The position numbers and the translations under genes were made by a program. From Nitrospirota bacterium (GTDB taxonomy: Bacteria > Nitrospirota > UBA9217), in contig CAVTRN010000002.1 in the NCBI GenBank assembly GCA_963737155.1, positions 1,920,001 through 1,984,000 on the forward strand: a stretch of DNA of 64,000 nt. The letters are read 5' to 3'. Position 1 is the stretch's first letter, and each line of letters opens with the position of its first letter. A model generated the notes under the pieces. That model ran no database searches and was not told where the DNA came from. It saw only the letters and a program-made list of their open reading frames with translations. Below are positions 19,570 to 35,092 of this stretch, in pieces.

Positions 19570-22500
19570 GTGGCTAGGAAAAACGCAACGACTAAAATTA
19601 GTAAGGCATCATTGCTTGATGAAGTAGAAATGCTGACAAAGGCAGCGGTTGAAGGCAAGCTTGCAACAAGAGCAGATGCAACAAAGCATGAAGGAGAAAA
19701 CAGGAAGGTGATTGAGTGTATCAATAGCATGCTCGATTCAATCATCAAGCCATTGAATGTGTCAGCGGAGTATGTGGACCGTATCTCCAAGGGAGATATC
19801 CCGCCGAAGATCACGGACGCCTACAACGGCGATTTCAACGAAATAAAGAACAACCTGAACCAGGCGATTGACGCAGTAAATCGACTGGTAACCGATGCAG
19901 GCATGCTTTCTAAGGCTGCCGTTGAAGGCAAACTGGCTACGCGCGCGGATGCCACCAAGCATCAGGGAGATTTCCAGAAGATCGTTGCAGGTGTTAACGG
20001 GACACTGGACGCGGTGATCGGACCCTTGAACGTGGCAGCGGAGTACGTAGACCGTATCTCCAAGGGAGATGTCCCGCCGAAGATCACGGACACTTACAAC
20101 GGCGACTTCAATGAGATAAAGAACAACCTGAACCAGGCGATCGACGCCGTAAATAGACTGGTAACCGATGCGGGCATGCTTTCTAAGGCTGCCATTGACG
20201 GCAAACTGGCTACACGCGCGGATGCCACCAAGCATCAGGGAGATTTCCAGAAGATTGTTGCAGGTGTGAACGGGACCTTGGACGCAGTGATCGGACCCTT
20301 GAACGTGGCAGCAGAGTATGTTGAGAGAATCAGCAAAGGAGATATCCCGCCGGTCATCACAGATAATTATAACGGCGACTTCAATGAAATCAAAAACAAT
20401 CTTAACTCTGTCGTGAAGATGATGACCGAACTCTTGCAACAGACAGACTTCATCATCAAGGCCGCTGCGGATGGAGAACTCGACAAGCGTGCCAATGCGG
20501 ACTTGTTCGTAGGTGGCTGGAAGAAGCTTGTGTCAGGCGTAAACGATACGATCACCAATATCGTGAATCCTCTGATGGTGACTGCCGATTATGTGGACAA
20601 GGTGTCCAAGGGCGTGATACCGCCGCAGATCACGGCCGAGTACAAGGGCCAGTACAATGTCATCAAGAACAACCTGAATGCGGTGGTCAAGATGATGGGT
20701 GATCTGTTGCAGGAAACAGATGTCATCATCAAGGCAGCGGCGAATGGCGAACTGGATAAACGTGCCAACGCGCAGTTGTTCCTGGGCGGTTGGAACCAGC
20801 TGGTCAAGGGCGTCAACGATACGATTACCAATATTGTTGACCCGCTCATGGTGACCGCCGACTATGTGGATAAGGTGTCCAAGGGTGTGATACCGCCACA
20901 GATCACGACTGAATACAAGGGCCAGTACAACGTCATCAAGAACAACCTGAATGCGGTGGTCAAGATGATGAGCGAACTGTTACAGCAGACGGACATCATC
21001 ATCAAAGCAGCGGCTGACGGCAAGCTGGATGAACGTGCCAATGCGGACTTGTTCCTCGGCGGCTGGAAGAAGCTTGTGTCAGGCGTGAATGACACGATTA
21101 CCAATATCGTGAATCCTCTGATGGTGACAGCCGATTATGTGGACAAGGTGTCCAAGGGCGTGATACCGCCACAGATCACGATTGAGTACAAAGGGCAGTA
21201 CAACGTCATCAAGAACAACCTGAACGCGGTGGTCAAGATGATGAACGAGCTGTTGCAGGAAACAGATGTCATCATCAAGGCAGCGGCGAATGGCGAACTG
21301 GATAAACGTGCCAACGCGCAGTTGTTCCTGGGCGGCTGGAACCAGCTGGTCAAGGGCGTCAACGATACGATTACCAATATTGTTGACCCGCTCATGGTGA
21401 CCGCCGACTATGTGGACAAGGTGTCCAAGGGCGTGATACCGCCGCAGATCACGATTGAGTACAAAGGGCAGTACAACGTCATCAAGAACAACCTGAATGC
21501 GGTCGTGAAGATGATGACCGAACTCTTGCAGCAGACGGACATCATCATTAAAGCAGCGGCTGATGGCAAGCTGGATGAACGTGCCAATGCGGACTTGTTC
21601 CTCGGCGGCTGGAAGAAGCTTGTGTCAGGCGTAAACGACACGATCACCAATATCGTGAATCCGTTGATGGTGACAGCCGATTACGTGGACAAGGTGTCCA
21701 AGGGCGTGATACCGCCGCAGATCACGACTGAGTACAAGGGCCAGTACAACGTCATCAAGAACAACCTGAATGCGGTAGTCAAGATGATGAACGAGCTGTT
21801 GCAGGAAACAGATGTCATCATCAAGGCAGCGGCGAATGGCGAACTTGATAAACGAGCCAACGCTCAGTTGTTCCTGGGCGGCTGGAACCAGCTGGTCAAG
21901 GGCGTCAACGATACGATTACCAATATTGTTGACCCGCTCATGGTGACCGCCGACTATGTGGACAAGGTGTCCAAGGGCGTGATACCGCCGCAGATCACGA
22001 CTGAGTACAAGGGCCAGTACAACGTCATCAAGAACAACCTGAATGCGGTCGTGAAGATGATGACCGAACTCTTGCAGCAGACGGACATCATCATTAAAGC
22101 AGCGGCTGACGGCAAGCTGGATGAACGTGCAAATGCGGACTTGTTCCAGGGCGGCTGGAAGAAGCTTGTGTCAGGCGTAAACGACACGATCACCAATATC
22201 GTGAATCCGCTGATGGTGACAGCAGATTACGTGGACAAGGTGTCCAAGGGCGTGATACCGCCACAGATCACGGCGGAGTACAAGGGCCAGTACAACGTCA
22301 TCAAGAACAACCTGAACGCGGTGGTCAAGATGATGAACGAGCTGTTGCAGGAAACAGATGTCATCATCAAGGCAGCGGCAAATGGCGAACTGGATGAACG
22401 TGCCAATGCGGACTTGTTCCTCGGAGGCTGGAAGAAGCTTGTGTCAGGCGTAAACGATACGATCACCAATATCGTGAATCCTCTGATGGTGACCGCCGAT

Positions 22501-23910
22501 TATGTGGATAAAGTGTCCAAGGGCGTGATACCGCCACAGATCACGACTGAGTACAAGGGCCAGTACAACGTTATCAAGAACAACCTGAATGCGGTGGTCA
22601 AGATGATGAGCGAACTATTACAGCAGACGGACATTATCATTAAAGCGGCTGCAAATGGCGAGCTCGACAAGCGGGCGAACGCCGATCTGTTCCTGGGCGG
22701 CTGGAAGCAACTGGTCCAGGGCGTGAACGACACAATCACCAACATTGTGAACCCGCTGATGGTCACGGCCGATTACGTGGACAAGGTGTCCAAGGGTGTG
22801 ATCCCGCCACAGATCACGGCCGAGTACAAGGGCCAGTATAACGTCATTAAGAACAACCTGAATATGCTGATTGTGGCCACGAATGATGTCACCTTAGCAG
22901 CGGAAGAGATCGCCGACGGCAACCTCCTGGTCAAAGTGAAAGAGCGGTCACCCGAGGACAAGCTGATGCAGGCCTTTACATCCATGCTCGCAAAGCTGAC
23001 GGTCGTCGCCACCAACATTAGTGAGGCCGCAAACCAGGTTGCAGGCGGGAGCCAGGAAATGAGCTCTTCATCTGAGCAAATGTCTCAGGGAGCAACCGAG
23101 CAGGCTGCGTCTGTGGAGGAGGTATCATCGTCCATGGAACAGATGTCATCGAACATCAAACAGAACGCAGATAATGCGCAGCAAACTGAGAAGATCGCCA
23201 TTAAGTCCGCCGAGGATGCGATCGAAGGTGGCAAGGCTGTTACGGAAACAGTCGCGGCCATGAAGGATATTGCGGGCAAGATCTCGATTATCGAGGAGAT
23301 AGCGCGGCAGACGAATCTGCTAGCGCTGAATGCCGCGATTGAAGCGGCGCGCGCTGGCGAGCACGGCAAGGGTTTTGCCGTAGTGGCATCTGAAGTAAGG
23401 AAGCTTGCCGAGCGGAGCCAGGAGGCAGCGGGAGAGATCAGCCACCTTTCGACCACCAGTGTCCAGGTAGCGGAGAAGGCCGGAGAGATGCTAAAGAAAC
23501 TGGTGCCTGATATTCAGCGGACAGCTGACTTGGTGAAAGAGATCACTGCGGCAAGCAATGAGCAGAATTCCGGGGCCGACCAGATCAATAAGGCTGTCCA
23601 GCAGCTTGACAAAGTCATCCAGCAGAATGCGGGAGCGGCGGAGGAAATGTCGGGTACGTCAGAAGAGTTGGCCGGACAAGCGGATCAACTGCAAAATACC
23701 ATTACCTTCTTCAAACTGGGTAACACCAATATCAAACAGACGCCAGTATCGCGCGCAGCGAAACCGCAGATGAAGACCAAGGTTTCACACATTGCACACG
23801 CAGCCGTTGGCGCCGGAAAAACGGAGCAGAAAAAATCGAATGGTGGTGTTGCCATTGCTCTGGGAGACAACGGGAATAACGGGCATGATGACGAGTTTGA
23901 AAAATATTAA
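19570..23910 (+). CDS. Cytoplasmic poly-HAMP methyl-accepting chemotaxis protein
   Basis: No TM segment; 12 units of about 91 aa; [30 protein letters not shown]; C-terminal DEFEKY tether-like peptide. Confidence 0.94.
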   Translation: MARKNATTKISKASLLDEVEMLTKAAVEGKLATRADATKHEGENRKVIECINSMLDSIIKPLNVSAEYVDRISKGDIPPKITDAYNGDFNEIKNNLNQAIDAVNRLVTDAGMLSKAAVEGKLATRADATKHQGDFQKIVAGVNGTLDAVIGPLNVAAEYVDRISKGDVPPKITDTYNGDFNEIKNNLNQAIDAVNRLVTDAGMLSKAAIDGKLATRADATKHQGDFQKIVAGVNGTLDAVIGPLNVAAEYVERISKGDIPPVITDNYNGDFNEIKNNLNSVVKMMTELLQQTDFIIKAAADGELDKRANADLFVGGWKKLVSGVNDTITNIVNPLMVTADYVDKVSKGVIPPQITAEYKGQYNVIKNNLNAVVKMMGDLLQETDVIIKAAANGELDKRANAQLFLGGWNQLVKGVNDTITNIVDPLMVTADYVDKVSKGVIPPQITTEYKGQYNVIKNNLNAVVKMMSELLQQTDIIIKAAADGKLDERANADLFLGGWKKLVSGVNDTITNIVNPLMVTADYVDKVSKGVIPPQITIEYKGQYNVIKNNLNAVVKMMNELLQETDVIIKAAANGELDKRANAQLFLGGWNQLVKGVNDTITNIVDPLMVTADYVDKVSKGVIPPQITIEYKGQYNVIKNNLNAVVKMMTELLQQTDIIIKAAADGKLDERANADLFLGGWKKLVSGVNDTITNIVNPLMVTADYVDKVSKGVIPPQITTEYKGQYNVIKNNLNAVVKMMNELLQETDVIIKAAANGELDKRANAQLFLGGWNQLVKGVNDTITNIVDPLMVTADYVDKVSKGVIPPQITTEYKGQYNVIKNNLNAVVKMMTELLQQTDIIIKAAADGKLDERANADLFQGGWKKLVSGVNDTITNIVNPLMVTADYVDKVSKGVIPPQITAEYKGQYNVIKNNLNAVVKMMNELLQETDVIIKAAANGELDERANADLFLGGWKKLVSGVNDTITNIVNPLMVTADYVDKVSKGVIPPQITTEYKGQYNVIKNNLNAVVKMMSELLQQTDIIIKAAANGELDKRANADLFLGGWKQLVQGVNDTITNIVNPLMVTADYVDKVSKGVIPPQITAEYKGQYNVIKNNLNMLIVATNDVTLAAEEIADGNLLVKVKERSPEDKLMQAFTSMLAKLTVVATNISEAANQVAGGSQEMSSSSEQMSQGATEQAASVEEVSSSMEQMSSNIKQNADNAQQTEKIAIKSAEDAIEGGKAVTETVAAMKDIAGKISIIEEIARQTNLLALNAAIEAARAGEHGKGFAVVASEVRKLAERSQEAAGEISHLSTTSVQVAEKAGEMLKKLVPDIQRTADLVKEITAASNEQNSGADQINKAVQQLDKVIQQNAGAAEEMSGTSEELAGQADQLQNTITFFKLGNTNIKQTPVSRAAKPQMKTKVSHIAHAAVGAGKTEQKKSNGGVAIALGDNGNNGHDDEFEKY
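19600..22865 (+). repeat. Intragenic 273-bp tandem repeat array (3 type-A plus 9 type-B units)
   Basis: KGD(I/V)[15 protein letters not shown] x3, then [23 protein letters not shown] x9. Confidence 0.93.
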
Positions 23911-24025
23911 CTAAAGCAGGGTTTGGGGCTATGGGGTCTGGATCCAAGGCCAGTAAAAGCGAAGCAGTCAATGCAGTCACCTGGCCTGCCCCACGCCATT
24001 TACTTGCACAGATTAAGGAGGTGCC

Positions 24026-24529
24026 ATGAGCATCGAATCGGTAACGGAAACGGGCCAGTACCTTACATTTAAATTGTCGGACGAGATATTCGCTCTGGAC
24101 ATTACAAAAGTACGCGAGGTTCTGGATTATACGACGATCACAAAGGTCCCCCAGACGCCAGAGTTCATGTGCGGAGTGATCAACCTCAGGGGCAGTGTCG
24201 TGCCCGTGGTGGACATGAGACTGAAGTTTGGAATGTCGAAGACAGAGAAGTCAGTGAACACCTGCATTATCATTGTGGAAATCATTGTCGACCAGGAGAC
24301 CACAATCCTAGGATGTCTCGCTGACTCCGTGCAGGAGGTCATGGACCTTGAGCCGAACCAGATTGAGCCGGCGCCGAAGATTGGAACGCGACTCAAGACT
24401 GACTTCATCAAGGGCATGGGCAAGCGAAGCGAAAATTTCGTGATCATCCTCGACATTGACAAGGTCTTTACGGGCGAGGAGTTGAGCCGGGTACAGCCCA
24501 CGCATGAGGAAAATGCGGTGATGGCTTAG
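24026..24529 (+). CDS. cheW: Chemotaxis adaptor CheW
   Basis: QYLTF, GVINLRGSVVPVVD, LADSVQEV. Confidence 0.95.
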   Translation: MSIESVTETGQYLTFKLSDEIFALDITKVREVLDYTTITKVPQTPEFMCGVINLRGSVVPVVDMRLKFGMSKTEKSVNTCIIIVEIIVDQETTILGCLADSVQEVMDLEPNQIEPAPKIGTRLKTDFIKGMGKRSENFVIILDIDKVFTGEELSRVQPTHEENAVMA

Positions 24530-25147
24530 AACAAAATAGATTTATGAAATGAAGCACATTGAACCGCGGAGGACGCAGATGATAACTGACATGTTTAGAG
24601 AAGATATATGCGTTCTCTGCGGTATTTATTTGTAACAATCTAGATCATGGGGCAAGTAAATAACGAACTGGATCGCAAAGGCACAATTGAGAAACGCCCG
24701 ACACAATGTAGGTGAAAAAGGGTTTTTTGGATTGGAAATGGGCCCTGGGTCTCAAAACGCGAAAATTATAATCTAAGAAACGACAGTAATGATTTAATTC
24801 ATTTTAATTTATTGATGTTAAAAAAACACCGGGTAGCCCAGCTGCAGTGATGATTTAGACATATACAGGTCTTGTAGATTGGAAAGATCATAAAAACGAT
24901 ACTCCTCATAGGTTGAAGGAGCTGGACAATATTGTAAAGGCGGCCTTTTTAAGCTCGTAATAATTCCGCATGAAGGGCATGATGATTTCTTTACTGGCAT
25001 GCATCGAGAAGGATTAAGATCTTATGCTAACGATATACACTAACAATATTGGTTCACGTCCGGCAAGTACATCGTAGTGTGCGGCAGGAGCAGGGATGTC
25101 CATGTGCCGAGGACAAGCAGTTAAAACACGGATAAAGGGAAAGAAGA

Positions 25148-29111
<3,964 letters not shown>

Positions 29112-29418
29112 GGAATGTATCATGCGCGAACAGTGTATCAGATTCATGCATGAATCTCAGCATGTCTTTCTCATAATCTCGAAGCCGCTTCAGAAGGTTT
29201 CTTGCTTTAGAACGAGAAACCTCATCCCTGATCTCTTGTTGTTGTGCTATTTTCGGGGTTAGAGATCGCGGTGTATTTGCAGAACGACCCTGCTATGGAG
29301 ACTGGGTATCTCGGGTGGAAAGAAGAAGTGCTATAAAGTGAGGAGAGACGGTGGTCGAAGCATTGAAAATACATAAGCAGTTTAACCATGAGGTCTGCCC
29401 TCTTACAACCACGAAACC

Positions 29419-30018
29419 ATGCAGATAATCGAACGTGAATCCGAAACTCAGGTTATGATCATGCCCGGTGAATATTATGCGACCAACCGGAACGCTATGA
29501 TACGTACCTTGCTCGGCTCGTGCGTGGCAGCCTGCCTGTATGATTCGGAGAGAGGAATCATCGGGATGAATCATTTTCTCCTGAGCAACCGCCGGTACGC
29601 CAAGAACCTGCCGGTCTGCCTGAGCGAAGCAGGGAGATACGGCATCCATGCTATGGAACTGCTCATCAACGAGATGCTACTAAAGGGTGCGAAGCGGGGA
29701 AACCTGCGTGCCAAGGCTTTCGGCGGCGGCACCATGTACGGGGTGTCGGCGTCGCAGGACAATTTTTTGTGCGTCGGCGAAGTCAACATCCGCTTTATTC
29801 GCGAGTTTCTAAAAAACGAGGATATACCACTGATTGCGGAGGACCTTGGCGGTGAGTCCACGCGGGTCATCCATTTTATGCCCGAAGATTATTCGGTCCA
29901 CGTGAAGAAAATCTGGAAAATATCGACTTCTACAGTCTGTCAGGAAGAACGGCTGTTCTGGAAAAAGAGCATTGAGGCCCAGGAAAGCTCAAAGCCGCAA
30001 GTCGATCTCTGGGAGTAG
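29419..30018 (+). CDS. cheD: Chemoreceptor glutamine deamidase CheD
   Basis: PGEY, TLLGSCVA, GMNHFLL, AKAFGGG, EDLGG. Confidence 0.93.
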   Translation: MQIIERESETQVMIMPGEYYATNRNAMIRTLLGSCVAACLYDSERGIIGMNHFLLSNRRYAKNLPVCLSEAGRYGIHAMELLINEMLLKGAKRGNLRAKAFGGGTMYGVSASQDNFLCVGEVNIRFIREFLKNEDIPLIAEDLGGESTRVIHFMPEDYSVHVKKIWKISTSTVCQEERLFWKKSIEAQESSKPQVDLWE

Positions 30019-30136
30019 ATTAGACAGGCCATTGAAAAAGGCCACCATATAAAGAAAACCCTCGCTCTTTGTACTCCATCGTGGAGTATTTAAGGCTATG
30101 TAACACCTTGAAAAACAAAGCTAATGCGAACCACCA

Positions 30137-30290
30137 CGTAATTCGAGAGGAGTTGAACCTCCGACCAGCTGATTACGTCGGCTCCATTTTCAAGTACTTA
30201 TGAAAGTACTTACGGCAAAATTCCCAGGCAAAATTATTCTAAATACTCCACATTCGTGATCAGCAGGTCGTTAGTTCAATCCTGACCGTC
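30137..30290. pseudogene. Two tRNA-Thr(CGT) 3'-half fragments (att-site scars), one internally inverted
   Basis: revcomp(30144-30177) plus 30178-30186 gives CGTAATCAGCTGGTCGGAGGTTCAACTCCTCTCGTCGGCTCCA; second degenerate copy TTCGTGATCAGCAGGTCGTTAGTTCAATCCTGACCGTC at 30253-30290. Confidence 0.7.
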
Positions 30291-31609
30291 CTGCCGAAGC
30301 CGGGAAAGCCCTTGGAGCTGTTGAGCAAGGTCAGGGAGGTGCTAAACCGGGAATAATAAGGGCAAAACAAAAGATTGGGTAATGAATATTGTCCCTAAAC
30401 TCAATATTCACATGTATTCTACAAACTGAAATGATGAATTGTATCGCTTTATACACTACATATTTACACTTTAACTTTCATTTTCGAACTTAGAACCGAC
30501 TCGTGATGTTAAATGTCGAGAGCGGCTCAGTGGTTTCTTGAATATTAATGCATTGGTACTGTATGAATTTGGTTGAGGGTCAAGTCCCTATCGAGTGGGT
30601 ATAAATGAGATAAGCAACTCATAGAACCCGCTCTGCGACAGTGTTTTATGCATATAATGGCATGTAAAAAAGTGGTACAAACTGAGCCGGAATAGAAATG
30701 CCTTTTAGCTCACTGCGCGCTTTTATTTATCAATCTTAAAGGCACCATCGAGTGCGTATTGATGCCTATTTATGCGGGTATCGCTGAACATGTTCAGATT
30801 ATTGCACCGGTCAAATCTGAAATCCTTGACTATTTTCACGAAAAGTACCCACTCAATAAGGACTTGAGCCCTTGTTGATAATCATATGAAGGCACTTTAG
30901 CATGCCAAACGGATATCAATGATGATTTCAGAGATTACTGGTGAAGCCGGTTTCTCAAAGAATTTAATGAAAAAATCAGAACACCTCTGGATAGTCAATG
31001 AAATATAATTTTGCGGAAAATTATATATTTACACATTAAGAAGTTATGATTATTACCGATAAGAAGTATGGCAACTGCAATTATCCTTGCTAGCGAAGGT
31101 AGTTTTACGTCTAAAATAGGGCTTTATTTTGAGCTTGATCGTCTCAAAACGGTTGGGAAAGCGGAAATGTATGAAAGCAGGACGATCTTGATACTTATCG
31201 TTGTAACGTTGTTTGCACAATCCGTTATTCAGCCTTATATCATCTCCAGGTTCTAGTAGCAAAGAAGAAGTTATGGATAGATTCCTTATAAAATTATTCA
31301 AAAAAAGTTAATTATTTAATATTGAGATTACCTGCCAGGATACCATTCCTGTAAAATAGCCACCGCACTCCGTATCGGTTAAGGTCTTTTGGTGACGCTC
31401 TGATAAATAGTAAATGCTATGATGATGACGAAGCAGAAGCTAATAAAAAAAAGACGAATATTGATACGGGGCCTTTATTTTGAACCCGGATATGTAATTC
31501 ATTGAAATTATAATTTGAATTTACATTGCTGAGATAAAGGGACTCAACAATCTTAAACGACATGTAATTCACCCACTGTAAAGGTGCTTTTGACTGAAAG
31601 AAAGGCTAT

Positions 31610-33211
31610 ATGAAAATCAGGGACATATCAATAAAATGGAAGCTTGCTGCGCCGATTCTTTTTTTTATAGTCGTGGGAGTGACTATCACAACCGTAGTGA
31701 CGGGGTATAAAACAGAATCCATTGTTCTTCATGAAGTGGAGCGTTCGACTCTTTCGGGATACAGGGATACTATTCTGAATACCCTCACGACTATGATGAT
31801 AGCAAACAATATTAAAGATACCAAAAAGCCGTTCCTCGAGCAGATGCAGAGCATCGTGGATCTGCGTGTCATCCGGTCGGAGAACGTCGACAGAGACTTT
31901 GGGAAAAGTAATGCCGAAGATTACACCGCCGATGACCTGGACCGTGATGTTATCGAAAAAGGAGTGGAAAGGGTCGTCGTGGAAGGAGATTCCATCCGGG
32001 GAGTATATCCTTATATTGCAAAAGAAAATTTCATGGGCAAAAATTGCCTTTCTTGTCACAACGTGAAGGAAGGAACGGTACTGGGAGCCATCAGCATCAA
32101 AGTGCCACTCAGTGAATCCTTCGGCAGGATACGGGCGATGCAGTATCTTTATGGTGTGCTGGGGCTGTGCGGCATTATTGTAATGACCATCATTGTCTTG
32201 GTTCTTGTCCACTTAAACCTTTCACCCATGAAGGACCTGATCGCAAAGGTGAGGCGGGTCGGGGAAGGATATATCGATACATCACTCTACCGAGAAGGCA
32301 AAGACGAAATAGCTCAAATGTCGCAGAATGTGGACATGGTCATCAAACATTTTTCACACATGCTTAATACCATCATTAAGACTTCCGCCAAAATAATGCC
32401 GGCGGTAGACATAGTCAGGGGTCATGCTAATGTCACTTCGGAAGGGGCGAAAAAACAGGCGGGCCAGGCACATGCGATTGCGGCGGCTGCCGAAGAGATG
32501 AACCAGACCATCGCGGACATAGCAAAAAATGCGGGGGAATCCGCCGACAACTCAAAGGAAGCCTTGGAAATAGTGGAAAGCGGGAAACAGATAACGAACA
32601 TTTCCGTAGACACGATCAATGAGCTTAACGGCTCGACACTTGAGCTCTCAAATACAATCGAAAAGCTGAACAAAAGGGCATCGGAGATCGGAAACATCGT
32701 GACAGTCATCAAAGGCATCGCGGACCAGACGAATCTCCTTGCTTTGAATGCAGCAATAGAGGCTGCACGGGCCGGGGAACAGGGAAGAGGGTTTGCTGTA
32801 GTGGCTGACGAGGTAAGAAAACTGGCGGAAAGGACTATTCAGGCGACCGAGGAGATCTCAACGGAAATCGGCGCTATACAGTCGGAGTCCAGCCAGACAG
32901 CAGCTTCGATGGCAGAATCAGCAAAAGGGGTGACAAAGGCCGGTGGACATATCAAGAACCTGAACAATGTTCTTGAGACCATCGTGGAGTCGATTACGAA
33001 GGTGAAGGACCAGATCAATCAGATTGCAACGGCAGTAGAAGAGCAATCGGCAACGGCGGCAGAAATATCTAAAAATATTGAATCCACCTCAACCATTTCA
33101 GGGGACATGGAAAAAATGGCGGACAATGTTGCCAGTGAAGTGCAGCATCTTTCGGATATCGCTGCGGAGCTGGGCAGAGCTACCGCCAATATTAAAACTA
33201 TGAGCAGCTAA
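31610..33211 (+). CDS. Membrane MCP with periplasmic c-type heme sensor domain
   Basis: TM1, CLSCH in the periplasmic region, TM2, [24 protein letters not shown]. Confidence 0.92.
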   Translation: MKIRDISIKWKLAAPILFFIVVGVTITTVVTGYKTESIVLHEVERSTLSGYRDTILNTLTTMMIANNIKDTKKPFLEQMQSIVDLRVIRSENVDRDFGKSNAEDYTADDLDRDVIEKGVERVVVEGDSIRGVYPYIAKENFMGKNCLSCHNVKEGTVLGAISIKVPLSESFGRIRAMQYLYGVLGLCGIIVMTIIVLVLVHLNLSPMKDLIAKVRRVGEGYIDTSLYREGKDEIAQMSQNVDMVIKHFSHMLNTIIKTSAKIMPAVDIVRGHANVTSEGAKKQAGQAHAIAAAAEEMNQTIADIAKNAGESADNSKEALEIVESGKQITNISVDTINELNGSTLELSNTIEKLNKRASEIGNIVTVIKGIADQTNLLALNAAIEAARAGEQGRGFAVVADEVRKLAERTIQATEEISTEIGAIQSESSQTAASMAESAKGVTKAGGHIKNLNNVLETIVESITKVKDQINQIATAVEEQSATAAEISKNIESTSTISGDMEKMADNVASEVQHLSDIAAELGRATANIKTMSS

Positions 33212-33882
33212 CATATTTACGATGGCCGGAATGACCGTCGGTGACCTCTACCCTAAGTGATGGCCATAGTTCTGAGTTCACTGGTCACAAATATTATGGT
33301 CTGCGGAGATGTGATAAATCTTCATCCCAAGCTGAATCGTCGGGAATATGCCGGGCCAACATTTGTACAGCCAGCCACGTGATGTGCCCAGTAAGGCGCA
33401 GATACATTCAGGATCTTCTCCGGCAAGAAACCGTTGCACAGTAGCTGCTCGTTACTGCTGATATTTCTTTTCCATGAACACCTCTCTATTGATTCAGTGG
33501 TGTTATGATACTGCAGTATGTGGATACCGATTGTCAAAGAACATTTGTCCGAGATGTCGTGGCACAAAAATGTGTTCACGATGTCGTGACCCTTTAACAC
33601 AGGAAAACTACTGACCATTATTGCTGAAGGTTCGGAAAATGGTATGACATAGAAGGCAAACATCAACGCTGCATTTAGTCGAGCTACAGGGCAATAGAGA
33701 ACCTTCATTCGCAGCTCCTTGCTCAAGCACGAAAGGTAACGTCTGCCCATAGTGCTGGTGATAATGCCCAAGCCGAATGAAAGTATTTGGAAATGAAGGA
33801 TGTTTCTAAACATATTTTGACTCATTTGGCCGCCTTGAAGCAGGAATACAAAAGCTAATAGCGGTGCAATTATAAAAATAGT

Positions 33883-34266
33883 ATGAATGAGAATATAATG
33901 CCAGACCACTCGATTGACGCAGCCATTGTGGACGGCGATAAATTAAAGGAACTTATCGGTGCTTTTAAAACATTAAACATAAGATGCCGACTCTTGGTCG
34001 ATGACAAAGAACTGACTCTGGATAACGCAGGACGGTTTTCTGAATCCATTACTCAGGTGAGAGTATTATTAATATACCTGGAGTCGAATTTGGTGAAGTA
34101 CATAAAAGTAATAAACGCACTGAAAGAAGTGCCAAATAAATTAAATATCGCAAATAATAGCTGTCAAAACATTTTGCTGTCGATCCGAGATCTGAAAGAG
34201 CAATATTCGGAACTTGACGGGATAGTTAAAGAAGCAAGGAATGATCTTCAAAATAACCATTTATAA
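33883..34266 (+). CDS. Hypothetical helical/coiled-coil protein
   Basis: 127-aa AT-rich ORF with plausible composition; no motif recognised. Confidence 0.4.
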   Translation: MNENIMPDHSIDAAIVDGDKLKELIGAFKTLNIRCRLLVDDKELTLDNAGRFSESITQVRVLLIYLESNLVKYIKVINALKEVPNKLNIANNSCQNILLSIRDLKEQYSELDGIVKEARNDLQNNHL

Positions 34267-34789
34267 GAAGAATCAATTGACCTATCAAGCAGCTGTAAAA
34301 AACCTACTTGAAGCTGTAAGTCTGTCTGCTTCAAAATCATTGGCCACTCGACCATCGCCGTTGTACGCACCTGCCGTGGCGACGATAGAAGTGATGATAT
34401 GAAATAAAGCGACAATACAAATGGCGGGATCAGAGAAGAACACAGCACAATAGCTGACAGATATTTCCGTTTTGAAGGCGGAATCATAAGAATGCGCCCT
34501 ACTTTTGTGTGTATAGTTCCGGTGACATGAACTATGAGGCAACACTAGTGCAATTTTCATCTTGTATATTTGACCTTGTTACAAAATAGACTATACAACC
34601 TTGTAGGTGAAGACCGGATGAAAAGTATTGTTGGAGAGGTGATAAAAAAATCTGTTTAATTATGTACATTATCTTATGGTTTTTTTGGCGACAATAACTT
34701 CCTGGTTTATTGTTGTCAAGTATTTTTGTAATAAAATAGCGTTTACTTGATGTATGGTTTTTTGTTCATGTTCACGAAAAGTATACCAG

Positions 34790-35090
34790 TAAGGGATATT
34801 CCTCCGAAGTGATGGTTTAAGAGGTCCTCAGTCCTTCGGGGTAAAAATTTTCTCTCACAAATGCCCCAGGATCGGTTTCCCACTGGCAGTCCATATCCTG
34901 ATATCCCCCTAAACATTAATCTTGCGCGGCACCTTGTCCAACCCTGGTAATTAGAGGGTCTCAAGAGAGCCCTGACCTTGCTTCATAGGGACAAAGGTGC
35001 AAGCGGGGATTATTGACTCTGTACTGGAAGGTCGGCTTGGCCGCCTTAGTGGAAGGAGAGATATTTCCCCGCCTACACGCCAAGATTTTG
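34790..35090 (-). ncRNA. Candidate IS110 bridge/seek RNA
   Basis: Two stem/internal-loop/hairpin domains enclosed by a long-range stem, plus a third multi-stem domain, directly after the recombinase stop. Confidence 0.6.
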
Positions 35091-35092
35091 AG

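Noticed and set aside
19600-22865. Diversity-generating retroelement TR/VR pair
   Set aside because: Differences between units are mostly synonymous and not adenine-specific; no reverse transcriptase present
24660-24800. c-di-GMP-I riboswitch upstream of cheR
   Set aside because: Only scattered GCAAA/ACGC words; the paired stems could not be built
30137-30290. Functional tRNA gene
   Set aside because: No 5' half or D arm; only rearranged 3' fragments
33322-33909. 195-aa minus-strand ORF
   Set aside because: No recognisable motif, atypical composition, overlaps the + ORF start; cannot be supported
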